NCBI GenBank assembly: GCA_963739455.1
Contig: CAVUAK010000001.1
Location: 288,001 to 352,000, forward strand
Direction of reading: 5' to 3'
Length of the DNA stretch: 64,000 bases
Source: an uncultured Gemmatimonadales bacterium
GTDB taxonomy: Bacteria > Gemmatimonadota > Gemmatimonadetes > Gemmatimonadales > GWC2-71-9
Under the pieces are notes generated by a model. It saw only the letters and a program-made list of their open reading frames with translations. It ran no database searches and was not told the origin of the DNA. The first letter of the stretch is position 1; every line of letters starts with the position of its first letter. Below are positions 29,721 to 41,185 of the stretch, one piece after another. The position numbers and the translations under genes were made by a program.

Positions 29721-30792
29721 GCACCGGTACCTCGATGGTGACGAGCACGCCGCCGTCACTGTTGCTGAGCGTCAGCTTGCCTGCCTCGCCGTAGAGGCGC
29801 TGCAGCCGGTCGCGGGTGGTGGCGATGCCGACGCCTTCCTTCAAGGTTGCGAAGTCGATGACAGGCCCGTCATTCCACACCGTGAGCCGCAGGCCACCTC
29901 CTTCGGACACCGCGCCGATCCGGATGGAACTCGCCCCCACCCGGCGCGCCACGCCATGCCGCACCGCGTTCTCCACCAGTGGCTGCAGCGAGAATGTGGG
30001 GACGAGATACTGCTTCACGGAGGACGGCACGTTGATCGATACGTTGAGCCGGTCGGAGAAGCGGACCGACTCGATGTCGAGGTAATGCTCGAGTAGCGCC
30101 AGCTCCTGGGTTAGCGTGATCTCCTTGGCTGCGCGGTTGTCGAGCGATCCCCGCAGCAGGTCGCCCAGGGATGCGATCATGCGGGTCGCCCGCGCAGGAT
30201 CGTCCTGGTTCAGCACACCAATGGCATGCAGTGTGTTGAAGAGGAAGTGTGGTTGCAGTTGCAGCTGGAGCGCATGCAGTTGTGCCCGCGCCAGCTCCGT
30301 CTCCAGATGCGCCGCCGACAGTTCCTGCCGGCGCAGGCGGCTCCGCGCCTCGATGGCCTGGAAGAGCGCCACCAGCGCGGCATAGACCAGCAGGCTCCCG
30401 ACGCCGCGACTGCTCAGGTAGCCGAGGAACCAGGTGGCCCAGCCACTATCCCGGGTGGCGAGGGGGTACGCCAGCCGCGCCACCCAGACCGTGAAGGTCG
30501 TGTGCGCCAGGATCACGAGGAGGGCGAACCCCGCGTGCACGAGGAAGTGCTTGAATCGAGAAGGGGCCGCGAGCGGAAAACGCCGGGTCAGTGCGAAGAT
30601 TGGCCACGCCACCACGCCCCAGAAGATCCAGGAGGGCACTGTACTGGCGAGCGTCGGCCACAGCTCGACCGGGCGGTTCTCCATGCGCTGCAACGACGCG
30701 GCGCCCGCGGCCGACAGCATCCCCACCAGCAGGGATGCACCGACCACGGGCAGCCAGGGGAACTTCTCGTCGGAATGCGTGTCCATGGGCAC
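29701..30792 (-). CDS. LytS/YehU-type sensor histidine kinase
   Basis: QLQPHFLFNTLH, LQPLVENAVRHG, GVGIATTRDRL; N-terminal TMs; start GTG 30792 or ATG 30786. Confidence 0.93.
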   Translation of the reverse strand: MPMDTHSDEKFPWLPVVGASLLVGMLSAAGAASLQRMENRPVELWPTLASTVPSWIFWGVVAWPIFALTRRFPLAAPSRFKHFLVHAGFALLVILAHTTFTVWVARLAYPLATRDSGWATWFLGYLSSRGVGSLLVYAALVALFQAIEARSRLRRQELSAAHLETELARAQLHALQLQLQPHFLFNTLHAIGVLNQDDPARATRMIASLGDLLRGSLDNRAAKEITLTQELALLEHYLDIESVRFSDRLNVSINVPSSVKQYLVPTFSLQPLVENAVRHGVARRVGASSIRIGAVSEGGGLRLTVWNDGPVIDFATLKEGVGIATTRDRLQRLYGEAGKLTLSNSDGGVLVTIEVPVHDRPVL

Positions 30793-30830
30793 GGTCAAAT
30801 CTACGCTCCCGACCGCGCGCGCCGGTGCGA

Positions 30831-31562
30831 CTACTTCACGCCGGTCCCCACCACGCGCATCTGCCCGCCCGCCCACGTCACCAGCACCTTGAGCTCGCGC
30901 CCCGTCTCCTGGGCCAGGTAGTAGGTGGCCTTCCGGTCGGCGGTGGCGAGCCCGAGGCGCCATGCCGCCACCTTGCCCGACTCGGTGTCGACCTCATCGG
31001 CCCCTTCCACCACCAGCGTGTCCACCTGGATGCCGTATGCCTGGTGATCGAACAGCGGCAGTGCGAATGAGGTGCCCACCTTCACCGGCAGCGACCGCAC
31101 CAGCGACTGCAGCTCGCTCGGGTCGAACACCGGCTGCGCCAGCGTCACGTCGATCGGGTGCGTGCCCGCCGAGTCCTTGAGAAAGCCGGTGACGCGCCCC
31201 GGCGCGTAGTCGACCGAAAAGCTCCGGTTGGTGCTGTGCGACCGGTGCGCGATCGGCGCCAGTGTCGTCGCGTGATACCACGTCGTGTCATCGATGAAGG
31301 CGCGCCCGCCACCGATCACCACGATGCGATGCTCGAACACCGGAACACCGTCTCGCGTGGTGCGACGGGTGGACTCGACCTGCATCGGGCCGGCCCGCTC
31401 CTGTCCGTCCCGCGTGAAGAACATGTTGGTGGTGTCGGTCGTCTCCCGCACTCGCGATGCGTCGAGCACTGCGCTGCCGGGGGCCACCGTGACAACGTCG
31501 GTCAATACCGCCGGGACGAGCGGCAGGGAGAGCAGGGCAAGCACTGCGGTACGGAACGGCAT
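30831..31562 (-). CDS. Secreted hypothetical protein (DUF3108-like)
   Basis: Signal peptide, beta-rich sequence, typical codon usage. Confidence 0.55.
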   Translation of the reverse strand: MPFRTAVLALLSLPLVPAVLTDVVTVAPGSAVLDASRVRETTDTTNMFFTRDGQERAGPMQVESTRRTTRDGVPVFEHRIVVIGGGRAFIDDTTWYHATTLAPIAHRSHSTNRSFSVDYAPGRVTGFLKDSAGTHPIDVTLAQPVFDPSELQSLVRSLPVKVGTSFALPLFDHQAYGIQVDTLVVEGADEVDTESGKVAAWRLGLATADRKATYYLAQETGRELKVLVTWAGGQMRVVGTGVK

Positions 31563-31725
31563 TGGTTCGGCTCCTCGATCGGGATGGCCGAATCTCAGGC
31601 GCCGCTCCTTGTGCGGGAACCGGAATTGGGGTGAGTCGCGGCCCGCTGGGGTGAACCGCGACTCGGCGAGTATCTTCGGGGCGATGGAGCATCACCGGAA
31701 CCGCCACTTCACCTGCAGGTCAGCA

Positions 31726-32181
31726 ATGAAGCCATTTCGAACGTTGGTAATCCTGTGCTGCACCATCGCCTGTGGCGTCGCCCAGGTCTCCGCGCAGGCA
31801 CCCGACAAGCCGGCCACGCTCCCCGTCATCACGCTGCCACCCGACCTCGACCGCGTCCTGCGGGACTACGAGCGCGATTGGCGCGCCAACGACGCCACGC
31901 AACTCTCCATGCAGTTCACCGAGGATGGCTTCGTGCTCAGCAACCGTGAGCCACCGGTACGCGGTCGCGCGAATATCGCCAAGGCCTACACTGGCCGAGG
32001 CGGACCCCTCACTCTCGCGGCGCTGGCCTACGCCACCGCGGATACCGTGGGATACATCGTCGGCACCTACGGCGGAGCTGATCCCGCGACGCACACCGGC
32101 AAGTACCTGCTCGCCCTGCGCCGCTCACCTGGCGGGCCCTGGATGATCGCGGCCGACATGGACAACTCGAGCACCAGGTAG
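31726..32181 (+). CDS. NTF2-like/DUF4440 secreted protein (alternative start 31684)
   Basis: FTEDG....PPVRGR..I...GKYLLALRR...W.I..D. Confidence 0.75.
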   Translation: MKPFRTLVILCCTIACGVAQVSAQAPDKPATLPVITLPPDLDRVLRDYERDWRANDATQLSMQFTEDGFVLSNREPPVRGRANIAKAYTGRGGPLTLAALAYATADTVGYIVGTYGGADPATHTGKYLLALRRSPGGPWMIAADMDNSSTR

Positions 32182-32245
32182 TGCCGCATGCCGGATCTTC
32201 GCCTTCCGGTTCATCGAGGAAAAGGGTGCCTGACCCTTCTCCTGC

Positions 32246-33684
32246 TCAGCGGGAGAACTTGAATTGCGTGCTCTCGGTGATCGTCATCGACGACCCGAGA
32301 TTGTCCGGCACCGTCACCGTGCGCTTGATCTCGCAGACGGCCAGGTAGGTCGACGTCGAGTCCGTCTTGCACCATTCACCCGGCACGGTGAAGGTGAAAT
32401 TGTTCCGGGCCTCCGCCAGCATCGCATCCGCATTCGGCAGGATCTGCTGCATCATCTGTTGCAGCTGTGCCCCGTCCGCCGCACTGCCCGGCGAGGCCTG
32501 CATCTTCTCCGCGAGCGCCTTCAGCTTCGCCGGGTCCATCGCCGTCCAATTGGGCATCGACGAGGCGCTCGGCCCGACCTTCGTGCTGTGCAGCGCGATC
32601 CATGACTCGGTGAAGATGCCGGCCTCCTTTTCCCCAGGCATGCCGGTCACGATTCGACCCGTTGCCGGGTTGCGGCACTTTGTCTCCACCGAATGAATGT
32701 CGGCGCTCGGCACGAACTGGAACCGCAGCTTCACGTCCGGGCTCGCGCCGACACCCAGCCACATCGTCACGTCCGACTTCGGGCTCTGCTGGACCGTCAC
32801 GACACAGCCGTTGTTTCGATTGATCTGCACCGCCGACCAGCTGATGGTGCCCGTCGCTCCGTCGGGTCCCGTCGTTGCGAAGTAGTCCGGCTCACCCTGG
32901 TCCGGCCCGAGGGAGAGATAGTTCTGTCCCACCCCCGTGATGTGGCTGCTCGCCTTGGTCACGCCCTTCCCTGCCACCGTGATCGTCGAGATGTACTCCA
33001 CCTTGATGTTGTCGAGGGCGCAGCCGCAGTCGTTGTCACCCACGAAGGAACCACCCTGTGCCTTCACCCACTCCTTCGCCTGTTGCACCATCTGCGTGTG
33101 AGTGCCCGGCGGTGGTGCCGGCGTGATCTTGCCGAGGTCGTCCTCGACAATCGACTGCCCGCCTTCGCTCAGTCCACGCATTCCCTGGAATGCCGCGGCA
33201 ATGAACTGCGGGCCCCCATTGTCTCGCACGATGTGATCGATGAACGCGGCACCGGTGCTTCCCTCCTTCATCGAACTGCAGAGCTGGAGATCGGACTGAG
33301 GCTTCCACGAACTCATGGGCGCGACATGCCAGCGCTCCATGTGACACTCCTCGCACACCTTGGGTCCATCCGCCGCCTTGATCTCCACCACGCCCATGTG
33401 GCTCACGGCGCCCAGGTTGCCCAGCGGGTCGGCGATGCCCCCGTGGCAGTTGGTGCACCGGGGACTGCGGAACACCGGGATCATCTTCTGGAAGGCCTTG
33501 ATGGCGTTGACCTGTTGCGGCACCGTGAGCGGGCAATTGCCGCCCTGGCGTCGCGCGGCACGCCGCGCCGATGCGGCGGCCGGTTCCGACCCCCCATGCC
33601 AAAGGCCATGGCCACCAGCACCAGGGACATCACGGTGACGGACCACGACAGCCGCCGCAGGATCGGTGGCCACTTGGAAGGCAT
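32246..33684 (-). CDS. Putative di-heme c-type cytochrome with a long C-terminal extension; probable frameshift near 33550-33600
   Basis: PRCTNCH and CEECH heme motifs; the signal/TM segment lies in another frame (33481-33684). Confidence 0.6.
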
Positions 33685-33855
33685 GCGCGAGCGTCTCCGG
33701 ATGAGAGGGGCGATAACCAGGCGGCCAACCTACCTCGGCACTGTCATGGCTCCATCATCCAGAATCACTTCTAGATCATCTGGTCCAGGCGCCCTAACCA
33801 ATTGCACTTATTACACATGCAGCCGCTGCCACGGTCATGCCAAAATGGCCGATAA

Positions 33856-35887
<2,032 letters not shown>

Positions 35888-35889
35888 TA

Positions 35890-35969
35890 GAGGGCGTTAG
35901 GTCGGGGATGGCGGGGAAGGCGGGGAAGCATTCCCCAACCTCCCCGCCCTCCCCGCCCTCCCCGCCTTT
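35890..35969. repeat. Inverted pair of 9-bp arrays (3 G-rich + 4 C-rich units) forming a hairpin after dnaK
   Basis: aggtcgggg atggcgggg aaggcgggg ... ccccaacct ccccgccct ccccgccct ccccgcctt. Confidence 0.85.
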
Positions 35970-36057
35970 CGTTACACTCTGCGACGGTCGGCCTACCCAA
36001 CGCATCTGGTTTAGTTAGGGTATAGATCGGTAGTCGTCACCCCAGCAAGGAAGACTG

Positions 36058-37683
36058 ATGTCCGCGCGTTCATTGAACTGGCTCAAGTTCGGCGGTCTGG
36101 TAGGTCTCGCGTTCGGCCTCGGACTGCTCTTCGCAGGCCTCCTCGACCTGCCCCGCACCTCAGAGGCACAGCAGGCCAGTGGCCCCCCGGCCACCGCGAC
36201 CAAGTCGATCATCACCCCGACGCAGGCGCCCGCTATTCCGGCCGCCAAGTCGTTGCAGGACCTGAGTGACGCATTCGCCGCCGTCGCCGAGGCCGTGCGC
36301 CCCAGCGTGGTGTTCATCAAGGCATCGCACTCCGAGAAGGCCAGCGCCCCGCAGACGCAGCGTGATCCCCGGATCCCGCAGGGCATGGAGCCGTTCTTCC
36401 AGCCCCGTCGCAAGCCCGAGTTCGAGCAGGGCAGTGGCACCGGCTTCATCGTGTCGCAGGACGGCTACATCCTCACCAACAACCACGTCGTTCAGGGCGC
36501 CGACAAGGTCATCGTCCGGCTGCTGAACCGGAACGAGTATGTGGCGAAGGTGATTGGCGCCGACCCGAACACCGACGTGGCGGTCCTCAAGATCGACGCG
36601 ACCGGCCTCACCCCTGCCGCCTTGGGCGACAGCGATCGTGAGCGCATCGGTGAGTGGGTGCTGGCCATCGGCAACCCGCTGGGCGACGGGCTGACGTTCA
36701 CCGTCACCTCCGGCATCATCAGCGCCAAGGGCCGCACCCTCGACGGGCTCCAGCGTGGTGGCGTCACCATCTCCGACTTCATCCAGACCGACGCCGCGAT
36801 CAACCCCGGCAACTCCGGTGGTCCGCTGGTCAACGTGCAGGGTGAGGTGATCGGCATCAACTCCGCCATCGCCAGCGAGACCGGCTTCTACTCCGGCTAT
36901 GGCTTCGCGATCCCGATCAACCTGGCCCGCCAGGTCATGACGCAGCTCATCAAGACCGGCAAGGTGCAGCGTGCCGCGCTCGGCATCAACATCGCCGAGG
37001 CGTCGCCGGAAGACGCGAAGTACGTGGGACTCACCGAGCCCTACGGTGTGAAGGTCGCAGCGTTTCCGGCCAACTCACCCGCCGAGAAGGCCGGGCTCGA
37101 GGAGGGTGACATCATCGTATCGATCGATGGCAAGAAGGTCGAGCGCGTGGGCCAGTTGCAGCAGGAAGTTGGCTTCAAGGCGCCCGGCGACGTTGTTACC
37201 GTCGAGGTGGCGCGCAAGGCTGGCGTCCGGAAGACGTACAAGGTGAAGCTGCAGTCGCTCGCCGAGGTACAGCAGCTCGCGGCGGATGGCACCCCGGGCG
37301 ATGACGAATCGGATACCGCCGCCGACAACGCCAAGGACGACGCGCTCAATGCGGTCGTTCAGCAGCGCCTCGGCATCGCAGCCGAGCCGCTCGATCCGGC
37401 CGACGTGAAGGCACTCGGCTTGCCGCCCACCACCGCCGGGCTCGTGGTGACGGAAGTGGTTCCCGGTGGCCCGTCGTTCGACGCGCTCCGCGCCGCGCGG
37501 AATGGAGCCGCCGACATCCTCATCTCGGTCGAGGGCCAGCCGGTGAAGACCATGGCCGACCTGCGCACGGTGCTGGCCGCGCAGAAGCCCGGGTCGATCG
37601 TCACCCTTCGCATCCTCACGGTTCAGGGCGGCGCTACGCCGCTCCGGCGAGTGGAGCGGGTGCAGTTGGCGAACGCGCAGTAA
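36058..37683 (+). CDS. degP: Do/DegP (HtrA) serine protease with two PDZ domains
   Basis: TNNHVV, TDVAVLK, QTDAAINPGNSGG. Confidence 0.93.
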   Translation: MSARSLNWLKFGGLVGLAFGLGLLFAGLLDLPRTSEAQQASGPPATATKSIITPTQAPAIPAAKSLQDLSDAFAAVAEAVRPSVVFIKASHSEKASAPQTQRDPRIPQGMEPFFQPRRKPEFEQGSGTGFIVSQDGYILTNNHVVQGADKVIVRLLNRNEYVAKVIGADPNTDVAVLKIDATGLTPAALGDSDRERIGEWVLAIGNPLGDGLTFTVTSGIISAKGRTLDGLQRGGVTISDFIQTDAAINPGNSGGPLVNVQGEVIGINSAIASETGFYSGYGFAIPINLARQVMTQLIKTGKVQRAALGINIAEASPEDAKYVGLTEPYGVKVAAFPANSPAEKAGLEEGDIIVSIDGKKVERVGQLQQEVGFKAPGDVVTVEVARKAGVRKTYKVKLQSLAEVQQLAADGTPGDDESDTAADNAKDDALNAVVQQRLGIAAEPLDPADVKALGLPPTTAGLVVTEVVPGGPSFDALRAARNGAADILISVEGQPVKTMADLRTVLAAQKPGSIVTLRILTVQGGATPLRRVERVQLANAQ

Positions 37684-37710
37684 CTGAAGTCGCGCGGTTC
37701 AGCGGTCAGG

Positions 37711-37740
37711 GAGAGGCGCCAGGATTCTGGCGCCTTTCTC
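37711..37740 (+). terminator. Putative intrinsic terminator
   Basis: aggcgccag-gatt-ctggcgcct followed by ttctc. Confidence 0.6.
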
Positions 37741-37762
37741 ACAATCAGCCTCGAGGACCTGC

Positions 37763-38989
37763 ATGCCTATTCCCCGCTGGCGCGTGCGCGCGACCAGTTC
37801 AGCGATCATCTGTGGTGCGGTCCTCGCGGCGTGCGGTGGCGATGATGGGCCCGGTGAGCCGGCGGGCACCCTGTTGCACTTCTCGTTCTGCCCCGGAGAT
37901 GCACCGGTCTGGCTCGCGGTGCAGGATGGCGATGCGGCATGGACCCGGGTCGATCCGCAGCGAGCGGGCCTCTATCAGGCCCGCTTCACCGCCGCTCGCG
38001 GCGGCGTCGCCTACGTCTCGAGCGCAGGCCACAGCTTCACCGTCAATTACGGAGACCTGGCCGAGCTGGCGTCCATCAGTTGTGCCTCCGGCGACAAGAT
38101 CCTGAATGGCAACGTTGCCGGTCTTGCCTCGGCAGAGGGTTCAAACATCCATTACGGCAGCACACTGGTCTCGGTCACCGCGCAGGCGCCTCGCTTTCAG
38201 TTCCGGAACATTCCCGATGGGCAGCAGGACCTGTTTGCGACACGCTTCACCTGGACTGGCGGCGGAGGGCAGCTGGCAAATCGCCTGGTCATTCGGAGGG
38301 CGCAGACGCTTACGTCGGGCAGCCGGATCCCGCCAATCGACTTCGCTTCGTCGGAATCATTTGCTTCGGCCTTCGCCACGGCGTCCGTGACTGGAGCCGA
38401 TGGCGCGGCGGCGGCTACGCTCGAGTCCACCTGGGAGGGACGCGGATCGACGGCGCTCCTCATGTACAGCCCAACGCCGGGCCCGCTCGTGTATCCCGCA
38501 GTTCCCCAGGATCGGCTCGGCCCCGGCGAATTCTCGTCGCTGCAGGCCGTCACCTTCGACCAGCTCGGTGTTCGCTCGTCGACTTCGTATTTCCGCGCGC
38601 CAACTGACAGGGTTGTCACCATGGGGCCGATGCTGAACACGCCCGTGGTGACCTGGACCGGCAGTCCGTCCAGTTTGCGCCCCCGCACTCAGTTGGCGTC
38701 GCAGCCGCAGTACGCGCGAACGGCCTCGGTCGCGTACTACCAGGCCACCAGCAAGGTGAGTGTCAGCACGACGTCGGGCTACCTTGGCGGGACGCCGCCG
38801 ACATGGGATATCGAGGTGCCTGATCTCTCTTCCGTGGACGGATGGAATGATGCGTGGGGGCTTGGCGCAGGTCCGGTGAACTCCTGGCGCGTAGCTGCCG
38901 GGGGTGGCTCGCTGCGGAGTCTGGGGGATGCCCTGCGCGACGGGGACGTGGCCATGTCTGCCTACATCGATGGCAGCGCCGGGAACTAG
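37763..38989 (+). CDS. Hypothetical lipoprotein (paralog of 47921-49165)
   Basis: Lipobox LAAC; shared WxAxQDGDxxWTR, RGGxA, DFxSSExF and PDLS...GW...WGL blocks. Confidence 0.75.
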   Translation: MPIPRWRVRATSSAIICGAVLAACGGDDGPGEPAGTLLHFSFCPGDAPVWLAVQDGDAAWTRVDPQRAGLYQARFTAARGGVAYVSSAGHSFTVNYGDLAELASISCASGDKILNGNVAGLASAEGSNIHYGSTLVSVTAQAPRFQFRNIPDGQQDLFATRFTWTGGGGQLANRLVIRRAQTLTSGSRIPPIDFASSESFASAFATASVTGADGAAAATLESTWEGRGSTALLMYSPTPGPLVYPAVPQDRLGPGEFSSLQAVTFDQLGVRSSTSYFRAPTDRVVTMGPMLNTPVVTWTGSPSSLRPRTQLASQPQYARTASVAYYQATSKVSVSTTSGYLGGTPPTWDIEVPDLSSVDGWNDAWGLGAGPVNSWRVAAGGGSLRSLGDALRDGDVAMSAYIDGSAGN

Positions 38990-38996
38990 ACCTGCC

Positions 38997-40397
38997 CTAA
39001 CGTGCCTGCTTGTCCGGCGCCCCAGGCACCACCGTCGCCGACCGGGACTTCGTGATGTAGTTGCAGTAGCTGTTGCTGTACTGCAGCACGCCCTGCTTCA
39101 GGACGAGGTCATGCTTCATGCCCCACGACTGCTGCTGAGTGGGGCCCGAGCCGATCACCTGGAATCCCAGCTGCCGCGCCCTGCCCTCGCACGCATTCTT
39201 CGCATCGTCGAACACGTTGCCACCACCGCCTCCAGTCACCTCGCGCTGGTCCGTGATCAAGGCGGTGTTGTTGGACGATCGATACGTGCACTTGATCGCC
39301 CAGGTCCGGTTCTGCAAGCGCGCCTTCATTTCCACGTAGGCGTAGGCGCCGCTCTGGCGCACCGACTCGATGGCGATATTCTGGTAACCGGCCGTCCTCG
39401 CCTGGTTGGTGCACACCTCGCGACCGCGCTGGATGAGGTTGCCCGTACCACCCGCAGGGTCTTCCGATGTGATTTGTGCGCGGTTGCTGAAGGCGTCGTA
39501 CTGGCAGTCCAGCAGGTACTGGCCGGTGGACCGGTACCCGCGCAGGTAGACCCACACCACATTGCCCCTCTGGTTCAGGCTGGTGATGCTGATGTTCTGG
39601 TATGCGCGGCTCCGCGCCTTGTCATGGCACGCGTTACGGGCCTGCTGAAGAATGCTGCCGCTGCCGCCCCATGTGCCCGGGTAGCCGATCCAGCCCGACC
39701 CGGTACCGCCGTGACCCACCGCAAACTCCCCGCGACACCCATCGTTCACCCACACGCCATGGAGGTCGTAGCCCCAGTTCCGCTGCTGCACACAGGGCGT
39801 CGACGACAATTGCCGGACCAGCGTCACCTGTCCGTCGGTGCGCGTGAAGCAACGGGTGTAGCGGCCGTCGTTGCTCTGGCATGAGACGATGCGGAGGTCA
39901 CCCTGCCAGCTCGCGTCACCATACCCCACCTCGAACTCGCCCCGGCACCCGTTGCCCACCCAGATCTGGTCCGTCTGGTAGCCCCAGGTGTTGCCCGCAA
40001 TGCAGGGAGCCGGTGACAACTGCTTCACCAGCCGCACGTAGCCATAGGTGGGAAGCTGGCAGATCATGAAGGCGCCATTCTCGCTCTCGCACCGTACCCG
40101 CTGGCCCCAGTTCCCCGACTGCCAGCCGGTGCCGGACCCGTTCACCAGGAAGAGCCCGCCGCAGCCGCGATCGACCCAGACGGCGTTCCAGTCGAAGCCC
40201 CAGGTGCGACCGTACTCGCAGCGCGCCGAGGAAAGCGTCTGCTGCAGCCGGACACTGCCACCGGTAACCACCGGGCAGGTGGTGAAGGCGCCCGCGCTCT
40301 GGCAGGGAATGGTGGTCTGGGCCGACGCCGGCCGGGCGTGAACCACGGTGACGACGCAGAGCCCCGCGGCGAGGACCACGGTCCGGAAATTCAGCAT
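38997..40397 (-). CDS. DUF3011-repeat secreted protein
   Basis: Three Cys-rich repeats CxS..C....VxL.xQLS..C....WG....WV..GC.GxF plus three C-terminal Cys-pair repeats. Confidence 0.8.
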   Translation of the reverse strand: MLNFRTVVLAAGLCVVTVVHARPASAQTTIPCQSAGAFTTCPVVTGGSVRLQQTLSSARCEYGRTWGFDWNAVWVDRGCGGLFLVNGSGTGWQSGNWGQRVRCESENGAFMICQLPTYGYVRLVKQLSPAPCIAGNTWGYQTDQIWVGNGCRGEFEVGYGDASWQGDLRIVSCQSNDGRYTRCFTRTDGQVTLVRQLSSTPCVQQRNWGYDLHGVWVNDGCRGEFAVGHGGTGSGWIGYPGTWGGSGSILQQARNACHDKARSRAYQNISITSLNQRGNVVWVYLRGYRSTGQYLLDCQYDAFSNRAQITSEDPAGGTGNLIQRGREVCTNQARTAGYQNIAIESVRQSGAYAYVEMKARLQNRTWAIKCTYRSSNNTALITDQREVTGGGGGNVFDDAKNACEGRARQLGFQVIGSGPTQQQSWGMKHDLVLKQGVLQYSNSYCNYITKSRSATVVPGAPDKQAR

Positions 40398-40475
40398 GAG
40401 GGGCTCCGCTGGTGATCGGAAGTGACTCGAAGATATCCCGCGACGGTTCCGCTGTCAGTATCTTTCGGGCACCCG

Positions 40476-40557
40476 GCGAGCGTGGCGGAATTGGTAGACG
40501 CGCAGGACTTAGGATCCTGTGGAGCAATCCGTGGGGGTTCGAGTCCCTCCGTTCGCA
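40476..40557 (+). tRNA. tRNA-Leu (anticodon TAG), CCA not encoded
   Basis: Acceptor GCGAGCG/CGTTCGC, D-arm, CAGGA-CTTAGGA-TCCTG, long variable arm, GTTCGAGT T-loop. Confidence 0.96.
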
Positions 40558-40658
40558 TAAGGGATGACGTGATTCGGGCGCTTCTTGCGCGTTAGTAGGT
40601 AGGACCTCGTCGCAGCCATCCCGGCTGCGTCCCCGTCCCGCCCCCGCAAGGAGCCACC

Positions 40659-41123
40659 ATGTCGTCCCTGAGGTTCGAGCCTGTACCCGGGCCCGCCCGG
40701 TTCTCCTACTCGCCACTGGGCACCGGCCATGCCGGGGACTGGACCGGGCGGTGGGCGAATGACCGCAACGCGACAGTCGTGCTCAACATCGCCTGCCCTG
40801 ACACCGCCAAGCGCGAGTACGACATCGCCGTGCGCGAAAGGGTGTCCTCGCCAGCCTCGCTCCTGCGGCACACCTTCGTACAGATCTTCGAGACGTGCGC
40901 ACCGGCAACGCCGATTCCCGCCGCCTCCGATGCCCCCGAAGGGGAGGTGCGCACGCTCCTCCTGCCCGAGCACGGCATCCTGCTGTGCCTGTACCAGCTC
41001 ATCGAGCAGCAGGCCGGGCCGTGGACTGGTCCACCTTGCCGGATCATCCGCTACCGGCGACCAGCCACGGCGCGCGCCGCCGGGGTTGACCTGATGCTCC
41101 TGCAAACACCGCGAGTGGACTGA
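40659..41123 (+). CDS. Hypothetical protein
   Basis: SD AAGGAG shortly before the ATG; 154-aa ORF with no recognised motif. Confidence 0.55.
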   Translation: MSSLRFEPVPGPARFSYSPLGTGHAGDWTGRWANDRNATVVLNIACPDTAKREYDIAVRERVSSPASLLRHTFVQIFETCAPATPIPAASDAPEGEVRTLLLPEHGILLCLYQLIEQQAGPWTGPPCRIIRYRRPATARAAGVDLMLLQTPRVD

Positions 41124-41153
41124 AGCGCTGACCCCCCGCGATGTGCGCGGGCC

Positions 41154-41185
41154 TTCACGTCTTCAAGTCTTCAAGTCTTCAAGTC
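41154..41185. repeat. 8-bp TTCAAGTC tandem array (4 units)
   Basis: ttcacgtc ttcaagtc ttcaagtc ttcaagtc directly abutting the stop codon at 41186. Confidence 0.85.

Noticed and set aside
40476..40660. Prophage or integrative element at tRNA-Leu
   Set aside because: No integrase, phage genes or recognisable duplicated tRNA 3' end.
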